From assembly GCA_963845565.1 (NCBI GenBank), contig CAWJSJ010000001.1, forward strand, positions 736,001 through 800,000: 64,000 nt of DNA, read 5' to 3'. Under the pieces are notes generated by a model. The model was not told where the DNA came from, searched no databases, and saw only the letters and a program-made list of their open reading frames with translations. Shown here one piece after another: positions 19,711 to 30,372 of this stretch. The translations under genes and the position numbers were made by a program. The stretch's first letter is position 1. Each line of letters begins with the position of its first letter. This DNA comes from an uncultured Methylomirabilota bacterium (lineage in GTDB: Bacteria; Methylomirabilota; Methylomirabilia; Methylomirabilales; 2-02-FULL-66-22).

Positions 19711-21843
19711 ATGACGGCGCCAGACTATACTGAATCGTCCCGCCGAAGGCAAGCCTTTTCTCCGATTCCGACCCTGTCCGACCTGGGTCCCGACACCGCC
19801 ATCCGCCGCGTGAAGGGGATCGGCCCGGCGCGCGCCGAACGGTTGGAGCGGCTCGGCGTCCGCGCGATCGGCGACGCGTTGCTGCTCGTGCCGCGACGGT
19901 ACGAAGACCGGCGCACATTCGCACCCATCGGCCGACTCCGTCCGGGAGACGTGGCCAGCGTGCTGGGTGAGGTCAAGTCGGTGGGGATGGGCCGCACGCG
20001 GAGGGGGATCCCGTTCTGCGAGATCCTGGTGGAGGATCGCACGGGCAGCCTGCCGGTTCGCTGGTATCGGCAACCCTACCTGGCGCACGCCTTCCGCCGC
20101 GGGCTCCGGATCATCCTGACGGGCCGGCTCACCCCCTACCCGCCGCGCTACATGGTGAATCCGGAACACGAGGTGGAGGAGGCCGAGGAGATCCAGTATC
20201 ACAGCGGGCGCATCGTGCCCGTCTATCCCTTGACTGCCGGCCTGGCGCAACGATTTCTGCGCCGATTACTCTTCGACCTCGCCCGCACTGTCGGACCGCG
20301 CCTGCCCGATCCCGTGCCTACCGAGGTGCGCGACCGACACGGACTGTTGCCGCTGCCGGATGCGGTGGGCGCGCTGCACGCGCCGGAGACGCTGGAGGGG
20401 GCGGCGGCCGCGCGCCGCCGTCTCGCCTTCGATGAGTTCCTCCTTTTCAGTTTGGCCGTGCTCCGGCAGCGAGCAGGTCGAGGCGTCCAACCCGGGATCA
20501 CCTTTGCCACACCGGGCCCTTTGGCCGAGCGGGCGCGGGCGGCCCTTCCGTTCGCTCTGACCGGCGGCCAGAACCGAACGCTGGAGGCCGTCTGGCAGGA
20601 CATGGCCGCCCCGAAGCCCATGCAGCGCTTGCTGCAGGGCGACGTGGGGTCCGGAAAGACGATCGTCGCCTTCTTGGCGGCCCTCACCGCGGTCGATAAC
20701 GGGTATCAAGCGGCCGTGATGGCGCCGACGGAGATCCTGGCGGCGCAGCACGCCGACAGGCTGCGGAGCTTGGCGGAGCCCTTGGGCGTGCCCGTCGTCC
20801 ACCTGGGCGGCGGGATGCAGGCCGGGCTCCGGCGCGACGCGTTGGCGCACCTGGGCGGGGAGGAGCCCTGTCTCGTCGTGGGCACCCACGCACTGCTGCA
20901 AACCGACGTGGTCTTCGGACGGCTCGGCTTCGCCGTGGTGGACGAGCAGCATCGCTTCGGCGTCCTGCAGCGAGCGGCGCTGCAGGGCAAAGCCGCTCAT
21001 CCCGACGTCCTGGTGATGAGCGCGACGCCCATCCCGCGGAGTCTGGCGCTGGTCCTCTACGGGGACCTGGACCTCAGCATCATCGACGAATTGCCGCCGG
21101 GCCGGCAGCCGATCACCACCGTCTGGGTTGCGGAGGGGGAGCGCGCACGGGTCGCCGCGGAAATGCTGGCCTGCCTCGTCCGCGGGGAACGCGCCTACGT
21201 GGTGTGCCCGGTGGTCGAGGAGTCCGCGGCCGAGCTCAAGGCCGCGGTCCAGACGGCAGAGATCTATCGGCGAGGCGCGTTGGGCCGGTTCGGCGTCGGC
21301 CTGGTCCACGGCCGCATGTCGTCGGGGGACAAACTGGCGACGCTGCGCGCGTTTCGGGACGGACAGATCCGCCTGCTCGTCGCCACCACGGTGGTGGAAG
21401 TCGGGGTGGATGTTCCCGAAGCGACCGTCATGGTGATCGAGCACGCGGATCGTCTCGGGTTGGCCCAGCTGCACCAGCTCCGCGGTCGAGTCGGTCGGGC
21501 CGATCGGCCGGCGTCCTGTTTTGTGGTTGCGGATCGGGAGGAGCTGGGGGCGGAGGCGCAGGCGCGCCTCGAGGCGTTCGTGCGCGAGCGGGACGGCTTC
21601 GCGCTGGCGGAGGCGGATCTCCGCCTGCGCGGTCCCGGGGACTTCTTCGGAACCCGGCAAGCCGGTCTGGACGGGTTTCAGGTGGGAGATCTCGCCGCAG
21701 ACCTGCGCCTGCTCGAGGCCGCCCGGCACGAAGCGGAAATCGCACTTCGAGACCACCCCGATCTCGACGGCCCCTGGCTGCCCGCGCGGGCGGCCATGGA
21801 GACTCGGTGGGCGGCGCGGCTCGGACTGGCGCGGGTCGGGTAG
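19711..21843 (+). CDS. recG: ATP-dependent DNA helicase RecG (start uncertain)
   Basis: QGDVGSGKT, DEQHRFG, SATPIPR, QLHQLRGRVGR and DLRLRGPG. Confidence 0.95.
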   Translation: MTAPDYTESSRRRQAFSPIPTLSDLGPDTAIRRVKGIGPARAERLERLGVRAIGDALLLVPRRYEDRRTFAPIGRLRPGDVASVLGEVKSVGMGRTRRGIPFCEILVEDRTGSLPVRWYRQPYLAHAFRRGLRIILTGRLTPYPPRYMVNPEHEVEEAEEIQYHSGRIVPVYPLTAGLAQRFLRRLLFDLARTVGPRLPDPVPTEVRDRHGLLPLPDAVGALHAPETLEGAAAARRRLAFDEFLLFSLAVLRQRAGRGVQPGITFATPGPLAERARAALPFALTGGQNRTLEAVWQDMAAPKPMQRLLQGDVGSGKTIVAFLAALTAVDNGYQAAVMAPTEILAAQHADRLRSLAEPLGVPVVHLGGGMQAGLRRDALAHLGGEEPCLVVGTHALLQTDVVFGRLGFAVVDEQHRFGVLQRAALQGKAAHPDVLVMSATPIPRSLALVLYGDLDLSIIDELPPGRQPITTVWVAEGERARVAAEMLACLVRGERAYVVCPVVEESAAELKAAVQTAEIYRRGALGRFGVGLVHGRMSSGDKLATLRAFRDGQIRLLVATTVVEVGVDVPEATVMVIEHADRLGLAQLHQLRGRVGRADRPASCFVVADREELGAEAQARLEAFVRERDGFALAEADLRLRGPGDFFGTRQAGLDGFQVGDLAADLRLLEAARHEAEIALRDHPDLDGPWLPARAAMETRWAARLGLARVG

Positions 21844-21954
21844 GGTGTCGATCAGGCGATGTGTCGACGAGTCAACGGGTTCAGGCAGGATCCGGGCAGT
21901 GCTCCAATCGACTTGTGGGCCAATCGACTGCGTTGACATCCTGATGAGGTGAGG

Positions 21955-22518
21955 ATGCGCATCAGCGCTGGAGCGTATCGTGGTCGACGGCTCCAGAGCC
22001 CCAAAGGGGTTCGGACACGCCCGACCTCCGATCTCTTGCGGCAAGCCATCTTCAACGTGGTGGGGAGCCACCTCCAAGGCGCCCACGTCTTGGACCTGTT
22101 CGCCGGTACCGGGGCGCTGGGGTTGGAGGCGCTCAGCCGTGGTGCGGCCACCGCGGCGTTCGTCGAGCGGGATCATGCGGCCCTCGCCAGCTTGCGGGCC
22201 AATCTCGAGACGCTGGGCGTATCCGACCAGGCCCGGATCCTCCCGATGGACGCACTGGCCGCCGTGGAACGGTGTGCCCGGAACGGTGAGCGATTCGACT
22301 GTGTCTTCCTGGACCCGCCGTATCTCGGGGGCGACGCGGCCCGGTGCATCGAAGGGCTTGCCCCGGGAATGATTTTGCGGGAGAATGCCATGCTTGTCGT
22401 GCAGGCCTTCCATAAGACCGTGCTCCCCGAACAGGTCGGCACACTGGCCCGGTCATGGGAGCGGCGGTACGGCGAGACCCGGCTGACCGTCTACCGGAAG
22501 GAGAGCCCATGCCCGTGA
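21955..22518 (+). CDS. rsmD: 16S rRNA m2G966 methyltransferase
   Basis: MRISAG..RPT, LDLFAGTGALGLEALSRG and DPPY. Confidence 0.93.
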   Translation: MRISAGAYRGRRLQSPKGVRTRPTSDLLRQAIFNVVGSHLQGAHVLDLFAGTGALGLEALSRGAATAAFVERDHAALASLRANLETLGVSDQARILPMDALAAVERCARNGERFDCVFLDPPYLGGDAARCIEGLAPGMILRENAMLVVQAFHKTVLPEQVGTLARSWERRYGETRLTVYRKESPCP

Positions 22519-22997
22519 CCGCAGTCTACCCCGGAACCTTCGACCCGTTCACCAACGGACACGGCGACCTGCTGCGCCGCGCCGCGCGACTCTTTCCGCG
22601 ATTGATCCTGGCGGTCGCCCGGAACCCGCAGAAGTCTCCCTTGTTTACGCTGGAGGAACGGCTTGCCATCGCCCGCCAGGCGATCGGCGACCTGCCCGAG
22701 GTGGAAATCGACTCCTTCGATATGCTGACGGTGGACTACGTGCAGAGCAAAGGGGCACAGGTGATCGTCCGGGGCGTCCGCGCCGTCTCCGACTTCGAGT
22801 TCGAGTTCGCCATGGCCCTCATGAACCGGAAGATCAACGAGGAGATCGAGACGGTTTTTCTGATGCCGAGTCAGGCCTATACCTACCTCAGCTCACGCCT
22901 GGTCAAGGAGGTGGCCCTCCTGGGAGGAAACGTGGACGACCTTGTTCCACCCCTGGCGGCCACACTGCTGAAGGCGCGGGCCAGCCGACCCCGGTAA
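22509..22997 (+). CDS. coaD: Phosphopantetheine adenylyltransferase
   Basis: YPGTFDPFTNGH, RGVRAVSDFEFE and SSRLVKEVA. Confidence 0.95.
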   Translation: MPVTAVYPGTFDPFTNGHGDLLRRAARLFPRLILAVARNPQKSPLFTLEERLAIARQAIGDLPEVEIDSFDMLTVDYVQSKGAQVIVRGVRAVSDFEFEFAMALMNRKINEEIETVFLMPSQAYTYLSSRLVKEVALLGGNVDDLVPPLAATLLKARASRPR

Positions 22998-23014
22998 TCG
23001 ACAAGGAGGCATGC

Positions 23015-24208
23015 ATGAACATCTCGCAGCGCGCCAAGAATCTGGTCCCGTCCGCCACGCTCGCCATCGGCGCCAAGGCCCGCCAGATGCAGGCCGATGG
23101 AATCGACGTCATTGGCTTCGCCCAGGGTGAGCCAGACTTCGACACGCCGGGCCACATCAAGGAGGCAGCCATCCAGGCCGCCCGGGACGGCTTCACCAAG
23201 TACACCGCCACGGGCGGCATCAACGAACTGAAGGACGCGGTGGCGGTTAAACTCAAGCGGGACAACGGCTTGACCTATGCCCGAAATCAGGTCCTCGTCT
23301 CCTGTGGCGGTAAGCATTCTCTCTATAATGTGTTCCAGGCCCTGCTGGACCCAGGCGACGAGGTCATCATCCCTGCCCCCTACTGGGTGAGCTTCCCGGA
23401 GCAAGTCAAGCTGTGCGGTGCCACCCCGGTGATCGTGCAGACCAAGGAATCGCAGGGCTTCCGCCTCAATCGCGAGATCTTGGAGCCCGCGGTGACGCCC
23501 CGGACCAAGATCATCGTCCTGAACTCGCCGTCCAACCCGACGGGGGCGGCGCTCAGCCGGACGGAACTGGAGGGCGTCGCCGCACTGGCAGTGCAGCGGG
23601 GCGTGTGCATCGTGTCCGACGAGACCTACGAGGCGCTGGTCTATGACGGGTTCCAACACGTCAGCATCGCGTCGTTGAACGCCGCCGCCTACGCCCACAC
23701 CATCGTTGTGAATTCCCTGTCCAAGGCGTACGCCATGACCGGCTGGCGACTCGGCTACGCGGCTGGACCCGCGGAGATCATCAAGGCCATGGACGGCCTG
23801 CAGGGCCAGATGACCTCCAACCCGACCTCGTTCGCGCAGCGCGGCGGGGTGGCGGCGCTGATCGGACCGCAGGAGCCGACCCACCAGATGCGCGAGGAGT
23901 TTGCCAAGCGGCGCCGACACATCGCGGACCGGCTCAACGCCATGCCCGGGATCCGCTGCCATAGCCCGGAAGGGGCCTTCTATGTCTTCCCGAATGTCGC
24001 CCGACTCTATGAAAAGCGGTATCAGGAGAAACCCATCACCAACTCCACCGAGTTCTCGGCGTTCCTGCTGGATGCCGCCCGGATCGCCGTGGTGCCGGGC
24101 GTGGAGTTCGGCAACGACAATCACATCCGGATCTCCTATGCGACCTCGATGGTGAACATCGAGAAGGGCATGGATCGGATGGCCGAGGCCATCGCGGCTC
24201 TCGGCTAG
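23015..24208 (+). CDS. PLP-dependent aspartate-type aminotransferase (class I/II)
   Basis: GEPDFDTP, NSPSNPTG, SDETY and SKAYAMTGWRLG. Confidence 0.92.
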   Translation: MNISQRAKNLVPSATLAIGAKARQMQADGIDVIGFAQGEPDFDTPGHIKEAAIQAARDGFTKYTATGGINELKDAVAVKLKRDNGLTYARNQVLVSCGGKHSLYNVFQALLDPGDEVIIPAPYWVSFPEQVKLCGATPVIVQTKESQGFRLNREILEPAVTPRTKIIVLNSPSNPTGAALSRTELEGVAALAVQRGVCIVSDETYEALVYDGFQHVSIASLNAAAYAHTIVVNSLSKAYAMTGWRLGYAAGPAEIIKAMDGLQGQMTSNPTSFAQRGGVAALIGPQEPTHQMREEFAKRRRHIADRLNAMPGIRCHSPEGAFYVFPNVARLYEKRYQEKPITNSTEFSAFLLDAARIAVVPGVEFGNDNHIRISYATSMVNIEKGMDRMAEAIAALG

Positions 24209-24308
24209 CGGGGTCCCCGCCGGGATGAGGGACCCGGACGAATCGCGCCGGCCGCGGGGGCCGGTGGTGTCGTGACGTCAAACCGCGTGTGCAGAAGGAG
24301 GGAGACCC

Positions 24309-25928
24309 ATGAAAGGCATTACCGGGGTGGTCGGTGTCCTCGTCTTTGCCGCCGTGCTCTTGGCGGCGGGACCGGCCATCGCCCAGACGACGTTCGTCTT
24401 CGGCAACCAGGGCGAGCCGGTGTCGCTCGATCCGGCGGTCATCACGGACGGGATCTCAAATCGGATCACGCGTCAGCTCTACGAGGGGTTAGTGAAGTAC
24501 AAGGGCGCGACCACAGAGGTCATCCCGGCGCTGGCGGAGAAGTGGGAGGTCAGCAAGGATGGAACGGTGTGGACGTTTACGCTGCACAAAGGGGTGAAGT
24601 TCCATGACGGTAACCCCTGCGACGCCGCCGCGATCGTCTGGAACTTCGACCGGTGGCGCCTGAGCAAGCATCCGCAACACGAGAACCAGATCAAGGCCGG
24701 CCAGACGTTTGAGTACTACGAGGCCCAGTTCGGCGGCTTTGACGAGAAGAGCCTCATCACCAAGGTCGAGGCCGTCAACCCACAGACCGTCCGGATCACC
24801 CTGAGGAACCCGCAAGGGCCGTTCCTCGCCAACCTGGCGATGTTCGTCTTCGACATTGTCAGCCCGAAAGCCGTCGAAAAGCACGGGTTGAATTTCGGGA
24901 AGAACCCTGTGGGCACTGGTCCCTTCAAGTTTGTCGAGTGGAAGGTGGGGCAGGAGGTCATCCTGGAGGCGAACAAGGATTACTGGGACAAGGCCCACGC
25001 GCCCAAGGTCCAGCGGGTGGTCATCCGAAACATCAAGGACAACTCGCAACGGTTGGCGGCCTTGAAGGCGGGTGAGATCCACGGGTTCGAAGGACTCAAC
25101 CCGGACGACGTGAAGGTGGTTCGGGCGGACCCGAATCTCCAGATCATCCTGCGGCCGACCAATACCACGGGGTATGTGGCCTTCAATTACAAGGTGAAGG
25201 AGTTGCGGGATGGGCGCGTGCGTCAGGCCATCGCCCATGCGATCAACAAGAAGGCGATCGTGGACGCTCTCTACGGCGGGACCGGCATGGTGGCGAATCA
25301 ATTCCAGCCACCGCCGCTCTGGGGGCACAACAAGGAACTGAAAGACTACGAGTATAACCCCGAGCGAGCCAAGCAGCTTCTGAAGGACGCCGGCTTCGGA
25401 CAGGGTCTGAAAGAGATCACGTGGGACGACGGAAAAAAGGAGCCCCTCCAGTTCTGGTACATGCCGGTCTCCCGGCCGTACTACCCGAACCCAAAGGAGA
25501 TCGCGGAAGCCATCGCCGCCGACCTGGCGAAGGTGGGAATTACCGTTCAGCTCCAGACCACCGACTGGGCGGTCTATCTGGATAAGCGGAAGAACGGTCA
25601 GCTGCCGCTCTACATGCTGGGATGGACGGGCGATAACGGCGATCCGGACAACTTCGTCTGCTACTTCTTCTGTTCGCCGGGTGCGTCGCGGGAAGGTTTT
25701 TACGCCAACCAGCAGCTCACTGATGTGTTGATGGAGGCCCAGAAGCTGACCGATCAGCCGAAGCGCGCCGCGCTTTACCGGAAAGCGGAACAGATGATCC
25801 ACGACGATGTGGCCCGCATTTTCATCGCCAACAATCAACCGCCGCTCCCGTTCGCAAAGAAGGTGAAAGGATACGTGGCGAACCCGACCAACAGCGAGTT
25901 CTTCAACACGGTGTCTATCGAGAAGTAG
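24309..25928 (+). CDS. dppA: Dipeptide-type ABC substrate-binding protein (family 5)
   Basis: SLDP, YEGLV, PALAEKWE, GVKFHDG, PVGTGPF and GWTGDNGDPDNF. Confidence 0.88.
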   Translation: MKGITGVVGVLVFAAVLLAAGPAIAQTTFVFGNQGEPVSLDPAVITDGISNRITRQLYEGLVKYKGATTEVIPALAEKWEVSKDGTVWTFTLHKGVKFHDGNPCDAAAIVWNFDRWRLSKHPQHENQIKAGQTFEYYEAQFGGFDEKSLITKVEAVNPQTVRITLRNPQGPFLANLAMFVFDIVSPKAVEKHGLNFGKNPVGTGPFKFVEWKVGQEVILEANKDYWDKAHAPKVQRVVIRNIKDNSQRLAALKAGEIHGFEGLNPDDVKVVRADPNLQIILRPTNTTGYVAFNYKVKELRDGRVRQAIAHAINKKAIVDALYGGTGMVANQFQPPPLWGHNKELKDYEYNPERAKQLLKDAGFGQGLKEITWDDGKKEPLQFWYMPVSRPYYPNPKEIAEAIAADLAKVGITVQLQTTDWAVYLDKRKNGQLPLYMLGWTGDNGDPDNFVCYFFCSPGASREGFYANQQLTDVLMEAQKLTDQPKRAALYRKAEQMIHDDVARIFIANNQPPLPFAKKVKGYVANPTNSEFFNTVSIEK

Positions 25929-25961
25929 TCGGGAGCCGAGACCCGACGGGGACCGGACGAT

Positions 25962-26966
25962 ATGGGTCAGTATGTAATCAAACGGTTTTTGACAATCGTT
26001 CCTGTCCTCGTCGGGATCTCCATCATCGTCTTCGGGTTCATCCACCTCATTCCAGGCGACCCCGCCGTGACCATGCTCGGCGAGCGCGCGACGCCAGAGC
26101 GTGTCAAAGAAGTCCGCACGCAGCTCGGTTTGGATGAGCCGCTTTACACACAATACTTCATCTATGTTGGAAAGATTATTCGCGGAGATCTTGGGACCTC
26201 GATCCTGCGCGGCGATCCGGTGCTGCTGGACCTGGTACGGAGGTTTCCGGCGACGGTCGAGTTGGCCTTCAGCGCGATCTTGATCGCTATCCTGGTCGGC
26301 ATTCCCGCGGGCATCGTGTCGGCGGTCTGGCGCAATTCAGTGTTCGACGGATGCTCCCGGATCATGGCCCTGACCGGCGTGTCCATGCCGATCTTCTGGC
26401 TGGGCCTGATGTTGGCCTGGGTCTTCGGCGTCATCCTGGGATGGTTTCCTACCGGTTTTCGGCTGGGGACGAGCATCACGCTCGTCCCGGTGACGCATTT
26501 CAATCTCCTGGACAGTGTGATCACTCGAAACGGCGAGGCCCTGGTCGCCAGCGTGCGCCACCTCGTCCTGCCGGCCGTGGCCCTGTCAACGATCCCGATG
26601 GCCGTCATCACCAGAATGACCCGGGCAAGCTTGTTGGAGGTCCTCTCCCAGGACTATATCCGCACCGCCGAGTCCAAGGGCCTTCCACAGCGCGCCGTCG
26701 TGTTGCGCCACGCCATGCGGAATGCGCTGCTCCCCGTCATGACGGTGACGGGCCTGCAGGTGGGGCGCCTGCTCGCCGGCGCCATTCTCACCGAGACGAT
26801 CTTCTCGTGGCCCGGGATCGGCCTGTGGATTTACGAAGGCATCCAGGCGCGCGATTACCCGATCGTCCAGGGCGCGACGCTGTTCATCGCCACGATCTTC
26901 GTGATGGTGAACCTCGTCACCGACTGCTTATACGCCACCGTGGACCCCCGGATCAAATATGACTGA
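25962..26966 (+). CDS. dppB: Peptide ABC permease
   Basis: IPGDP, RFPATVEL, DYIRTAESKG and RDYP. Confidence 0.9.
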   Translation: MGQYVIKRFLTIVPVLVGISIIVFGFIHLIPGDPAVTMLGERATPERVKEVRTQLGLDEPLYTQYFIYVGKIIRGDLGTSILRGDPVLLDLVRRFPATVELAFSAILIAILVGIPAGIVSAVWRNSVFDGCSRIMALTGVSMPIFWLGLMLAWVFGVILGWFPTGFRLGTSITLVPVTHFNLLDSVITRNGEALVASVRHLVLPAVALSTIPMAVITRMTRASLLEVLSQDYIRTAESKGLPQRAVVLRHAMRNALLPVMTVTGLQVGRLLAGAILTETIFSWPGIGLWIYEGIQARDYPIVQGATLFIATIFVMVNLVTDCLYATVDPRIKYD

Positions 26967-27846
26967 GACGCCTTCTGCCCTGACCCTCGGCGCCCGCGGG
27001 AAGAGCCCGTTGCAGGCCGCCCTGCATCGCCTTCTGGCCAACCAGGTGGCGCGGGGTGGCTTGCTCATCATCCTGCTGTTCACCCTGATGGCGGCCCTGG
27101 CTCCGGTCTTTTTTCCCTATAACCCCGCCACCGACTCCGACCTGCTGGCGCGTCTGAAGCCGCCCACCTCCAGTCATCCCTTCGGCACGGATGCTCTGGG
27201 GCGCGACATTCTGATGCGCATCCTGCACGGCGCGCGGGTCTCGCTCAGTCTCGGTGTGGGGTCGGTCGTCCTGGCGGGGCTCATCGGGTCGGTCCTCGGG
27301 CTGTTGGCCGGGTATGCCGGCCGCCGGACCGACCTGTGCCTGATGTTCTGCATGGATATCCTGCTGGCCTTTCCGGCCACCCTGTTGGCGATCGCCATCG
27401 TGGCGATGATCGGGCCGGGTCTCCGGAACGCCTTGATCGCCATCAGCGTCGTCTCGATCCCGTTCTACGCGCGGATCACCCGGGGGGAGGTTCTCACGCT
27501 GAAGGAGCGGGAGTTCGTCACCGCGGCGCGGGCGTTGGGGGGCGGGTCGGTGCGCGTCATCCTGTGCCACATCTTTCCCAACACGCTGCCGCCGCTGGCG
27601 GTGCAAACCACGCTCGCCATCGCCTTTGCCATCCTGGAAGCAGCCGCGCTGGGCTTCCTCGGGCTCGGCGCCCAACCGCCGGTCCCGGAATGGGGGGCGA
27701 TGCTCGCGGACAGTTACAAATTCTTCACCAGCGGGGCATGGTGGGCGTTCTTCTACCCGGGGGTGACGATCATGCTCTCGGTCCTCGGTTTCAACCTGGT
27801 GGGCGATGCGTTGCGTGACGCCCTCGACCCTCGGATGCGGATTTAG
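26959..27846 (+). CDS. dppC: Peptide ABC permease
   Basis: HPFGTDALGRD, FLGLGAQPP..EWG and GDALRDALDP. Confidence 0.9.
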   Translation: MTETPSALTLGARGKSPLQAALHRLLANQVARGGLLIILLFTLMAALAPVFFPYNPATDSDLLARLKPPTSSHPFGTDALGRDILMRILHGARVSLSLGVGSVVLAGLIGSVLGLLAGYAGRRTDLCLMFCMDILLAFPATLLAIAIVAMIGPGLRNALIAISVVSIPFYARITRGEVLTLKEREFVTAARALGGGSVRVILCHIFPNTLPPLAVQTTLAIAFAILEAAALGFLGLGAQPPVPEWGAMLADSYKFFTSGAWWAFFYPGVTIMLSVLGFNLVGDALRDALDPRMRI

Positions 27847-27878
27847 ACGGGCATCGGTCATGTGACGGGAGGGGTTCC

Positions 27879-29447
27879 ATGTGGCGCCAAGGGTTGTTGA
27901 TCACGATGATGGCGACGGCGCTCGCGTACGGCGCGCCGGCTCCGCTTCGCGCCCAGGAGCAGGTCTTCCGTATCAACAACATGGTCGAACCGGAGAGTCT
28001 CGACCCGGGTGTTGTGACCGGCGTGCCGGAACACCGCATCCTGAGCAACCTCTTCGAGGGGCTGACGACCACCGATCCCAAGGACCTGTCCCCACGGCCC
28101 GGCATGGCGGCGTCCTGGACGGTCTCCAAAGACGGCCTGGCGTACACCTTCACGCTGCGCGACGCGCTCTGGACGGACGGGAGACCGGTGACCGCCCAGG
28201 ACTTCGTCTTTGCCTGGGAGCGCGTGCTCAACCCGAAATCCGGCGCCAAGTACGCGCAGCAGTTGTTTGCCCTCAAGAACGCCGAAGAGTACAACAAGGG
28301 CCGGGTCACCGAGTTTTCGCAGGTGGGCGTGAAGGCGCCGGACCCCAGGACGCTGCAGGTGACGCTCAAGAGCCCGACCGCCTACTTCCTCGACCTCACG
28401 AGCTTCTACACCCTGTATCCGGTACCCAAGTGGGCGCTCGACGCGCACGGCAAGGACTGGGTCAAGCCCGGGAAGATCGTGAGCAACGGCCCCTTCCGCC
28501 TCTCGAGCTGGGTCCCGCAGAAGGAGCTGGTCCTGGAGAAGAATCCCCGGCATTGGGATGCCGCCTCGGTGAAGCTGCAGAAGGTCATCTTCTTGCCGAC
28601 CGATGACATCAACACCGCCTACAAGCAGTTTGTGGCCGGCGACAGCGACTGGGTGCCGACCGTCCCCCCGGCGCTGCTCGACGCGGCGAAGAGTCGACCC
28701 GAGTACTATGCATCGCCGTATCTGGGCACCTATTACTTCCGGTTCAACGTGACCAAGACGCCGACGAACGACGTCCGTGTTCGCAAGGCGTTGAGCCAGA
28801 CTGTGGACCGGGAGGCGCTCACGAAGTTCGTCACAAAGGCCGGGGAGGTGCCGCACACCGCCTTCGTTCCCGCGGGCGTGCGAGGGTACGAGGGCCCGCG
28901 CGGGCTCGGGTTCGATCCCGCCGCGGCCAAGCGGCTGCTGGCAGAGGCCGGCTATCCGAACGGCAAGGGGTTCCCGAAGGTGGAGCTGCTCTACAACACC
29001 AACGAGCTCCACCGCGTCATCACCCAGGCCATCCAGCAGATGTGGAAAGAGCACCTCGGCGTGCAGGTGGAATTGGTGAACGTGGAGTGGAAGGTCTATC
29101 TCGCCAGGCAGAGCGGCCTCGACTATCAGATCTCGCGGGCCGGCTGGATCGGGGATTACGTCGACCCGAACACCTTCCTGGAGATGTGGAAGACCGGCGG
29201 GGGCAATAACCAGACGGGATGGTCCAACAGGCGCTACGACGAACTGATCGACCAGGCAGCGAGACTGGTCAACGCCAAGGACCGGATGCGGACGCTGGCG
29301 GAGGCGGAGCGGATCCTGCTGGAGGAAATGCCGGTGCTCCCGCTCTACACGTACGTGAATAAGGGCATGTTGAGCAGGAAGGTGAGGGGGTGGCACCCGA
29401 ACATCCTGGATCAGCACCCGCTGAAACACATCAGCCTGGAGCGGTGA
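27879..29447 (+). CDS. oppA: Oligopeptide ABC substrate-binding protein
   Basis: EPESLDP, LFEGL, WTDGRPVTAQDF, VSNGPF and GWIGDYVDP. Confidence 0.88.
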   Translation: MWRQGLLITMMATALAYGAPAPLRAQEQVFRINNMVEPESLDPGVVTGVPEHRILSNLFEGLTTTDPKDLSPRPGMAASWTVSKDGLAYTFTLRDALWTDGRPVTAQDFVFAWERVLNPKSGAKYAQQLFALKNAEEYNKGRVTEFSQVGVKAPDPRTLQVTLKSPTAYFLDLTSFYTLYPVPKWALDAHGKDWVKPGKIVSNGPFRLSSWVPQKELVLEKNPRHWDAASVKLQKVIFLPTDDINTAYKQFVAGDSDWVPTVPPALLDAAKSRPEYYASPYLGTYYFRFNVTKTPTNDVRVRKALSQTVDREALTKFVTKAGEVPHTAFVPAGVRGYEGPRGLGFDPAAAKRLLAEAGYPNGKGFPKVELLYNTNELHRVITQAIQQMWKEHLGVQVELVNVEWKVYLARQSGLDYQISRAGWIGDYVDPNTFLEMWKTGGGNNQTGWSNRRYDELIDQAARLVNAKDRMRTLAEAERILLEEMPVLPLYTYVNKGMLSRKVRGWHPNILDQHPLKHISLER

Positions 29448-29454
29448 CCCTCCC

Positions 29455-30372
29455 GTGGTCGGTTACGTTGCGAGAAGAGTAGCGGGCTTCCTGCCGGTCC
29501 TCTTCGTGATCATCTCGCTCTCCTTCTTCATCATGCGCCTGGCCCCCGGCGGCCCCTTCGATCTCGACCGCGCCCTTCCAGACCAGGTGCGCGCCAACCT
29601 CGAGGCGCGGTACCGCCTGAATGAGCCGCTCGGGGCGCAGTACCTCCGATACGTCGCCGACGTCCTCCGCGGCGATCTCGGCCCATCGTTTCGCTACCCC
29701 GACCGAACGGTCAATGAACTGCTGGGCCTCGGCTTTCCGGTGTCGCTCCTCCTCGGAGCGTGCGCCATGATCGTGGCACTGTGCCTGGGCGGCGCGGCCG
29801 GCCTGCTGGCCGGCGCACATCGGAACGCGCCGCTGGACTATGTCGCCATGTCGTTCGCCCTGTTCGGTGTCTCGGTCCCGAATTTCGTTCTCGGACCCAT
29901 GCTCATGCTGCTCTTCGCGCTGGCCCTGGGCTGGCTTCCCGTCGCAGGGTGGGGCACCTGGCGTCACCTGATCCTTCCGGCGTTCACACTGGGAACATTC
30001 TATGCCGCCTACGTCGCGCGCCTGACGCGCGCCGGCATGCTGGAGGTGATCGGCCAGGACTTCATCCGAACCGCCCGAGCGAAAGGGCTGCACGAAAGCG
30101 CGGTCGTCCTGCGCCACGCGCTCCCCAGTGCCATCCTTCCGGTCGTGAGCTACCTCGGGCCCGCGTCCGCCGCGGTGCTCACCGGCTCGGTGGTCGTTGA
30201 AACCGTGTTCAGCATTCCCGGGGTCGGGCGCTACTTCGTGGCCAGTGCCCTGAACCGAGACTACACCATGGTGCTGGGGACGGTCATCGCGTACAGTGCC
30301 CTGCTCTTAGTCTTCAACCTCCTGGTGGACCTTCTGTACGCATTCTTGGATCCGCGGGTGCACGTTCAATGA
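29455..30372 (+). CDS. oppB: Oligopeptide ABC permease
   Basis: APGGPF, GDLGPSF, DFIRTARAKG and NRDY. Confidence 0.9.
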   Translation: MVGYVARRVAGFLPVLFVIISLSFFIMRLAPGGPFDLDRALPDQVRANLEARYRLNEPLGAQYLRYVADVLRGDLGPSFRYPDRTVNELLGLGFPVSLLLGACAMIVALCLGGAAGLLAGAHRNAPLDYVAMSFALFGVSVPNFVLGPMLMLLFALALGWLPVAGWGTWRHLILPAFTLGTFYAAYVARLTRAGMLEVIGQDFIRTARAKGLHESAVVLRHALPSAILPVVSYLGPASAAVLTGSVVVETVFSIPGVGRYFVASALNRDYTMVLGTVIAYSALLLVFNLLVDLLYAFLDPRVHVQ

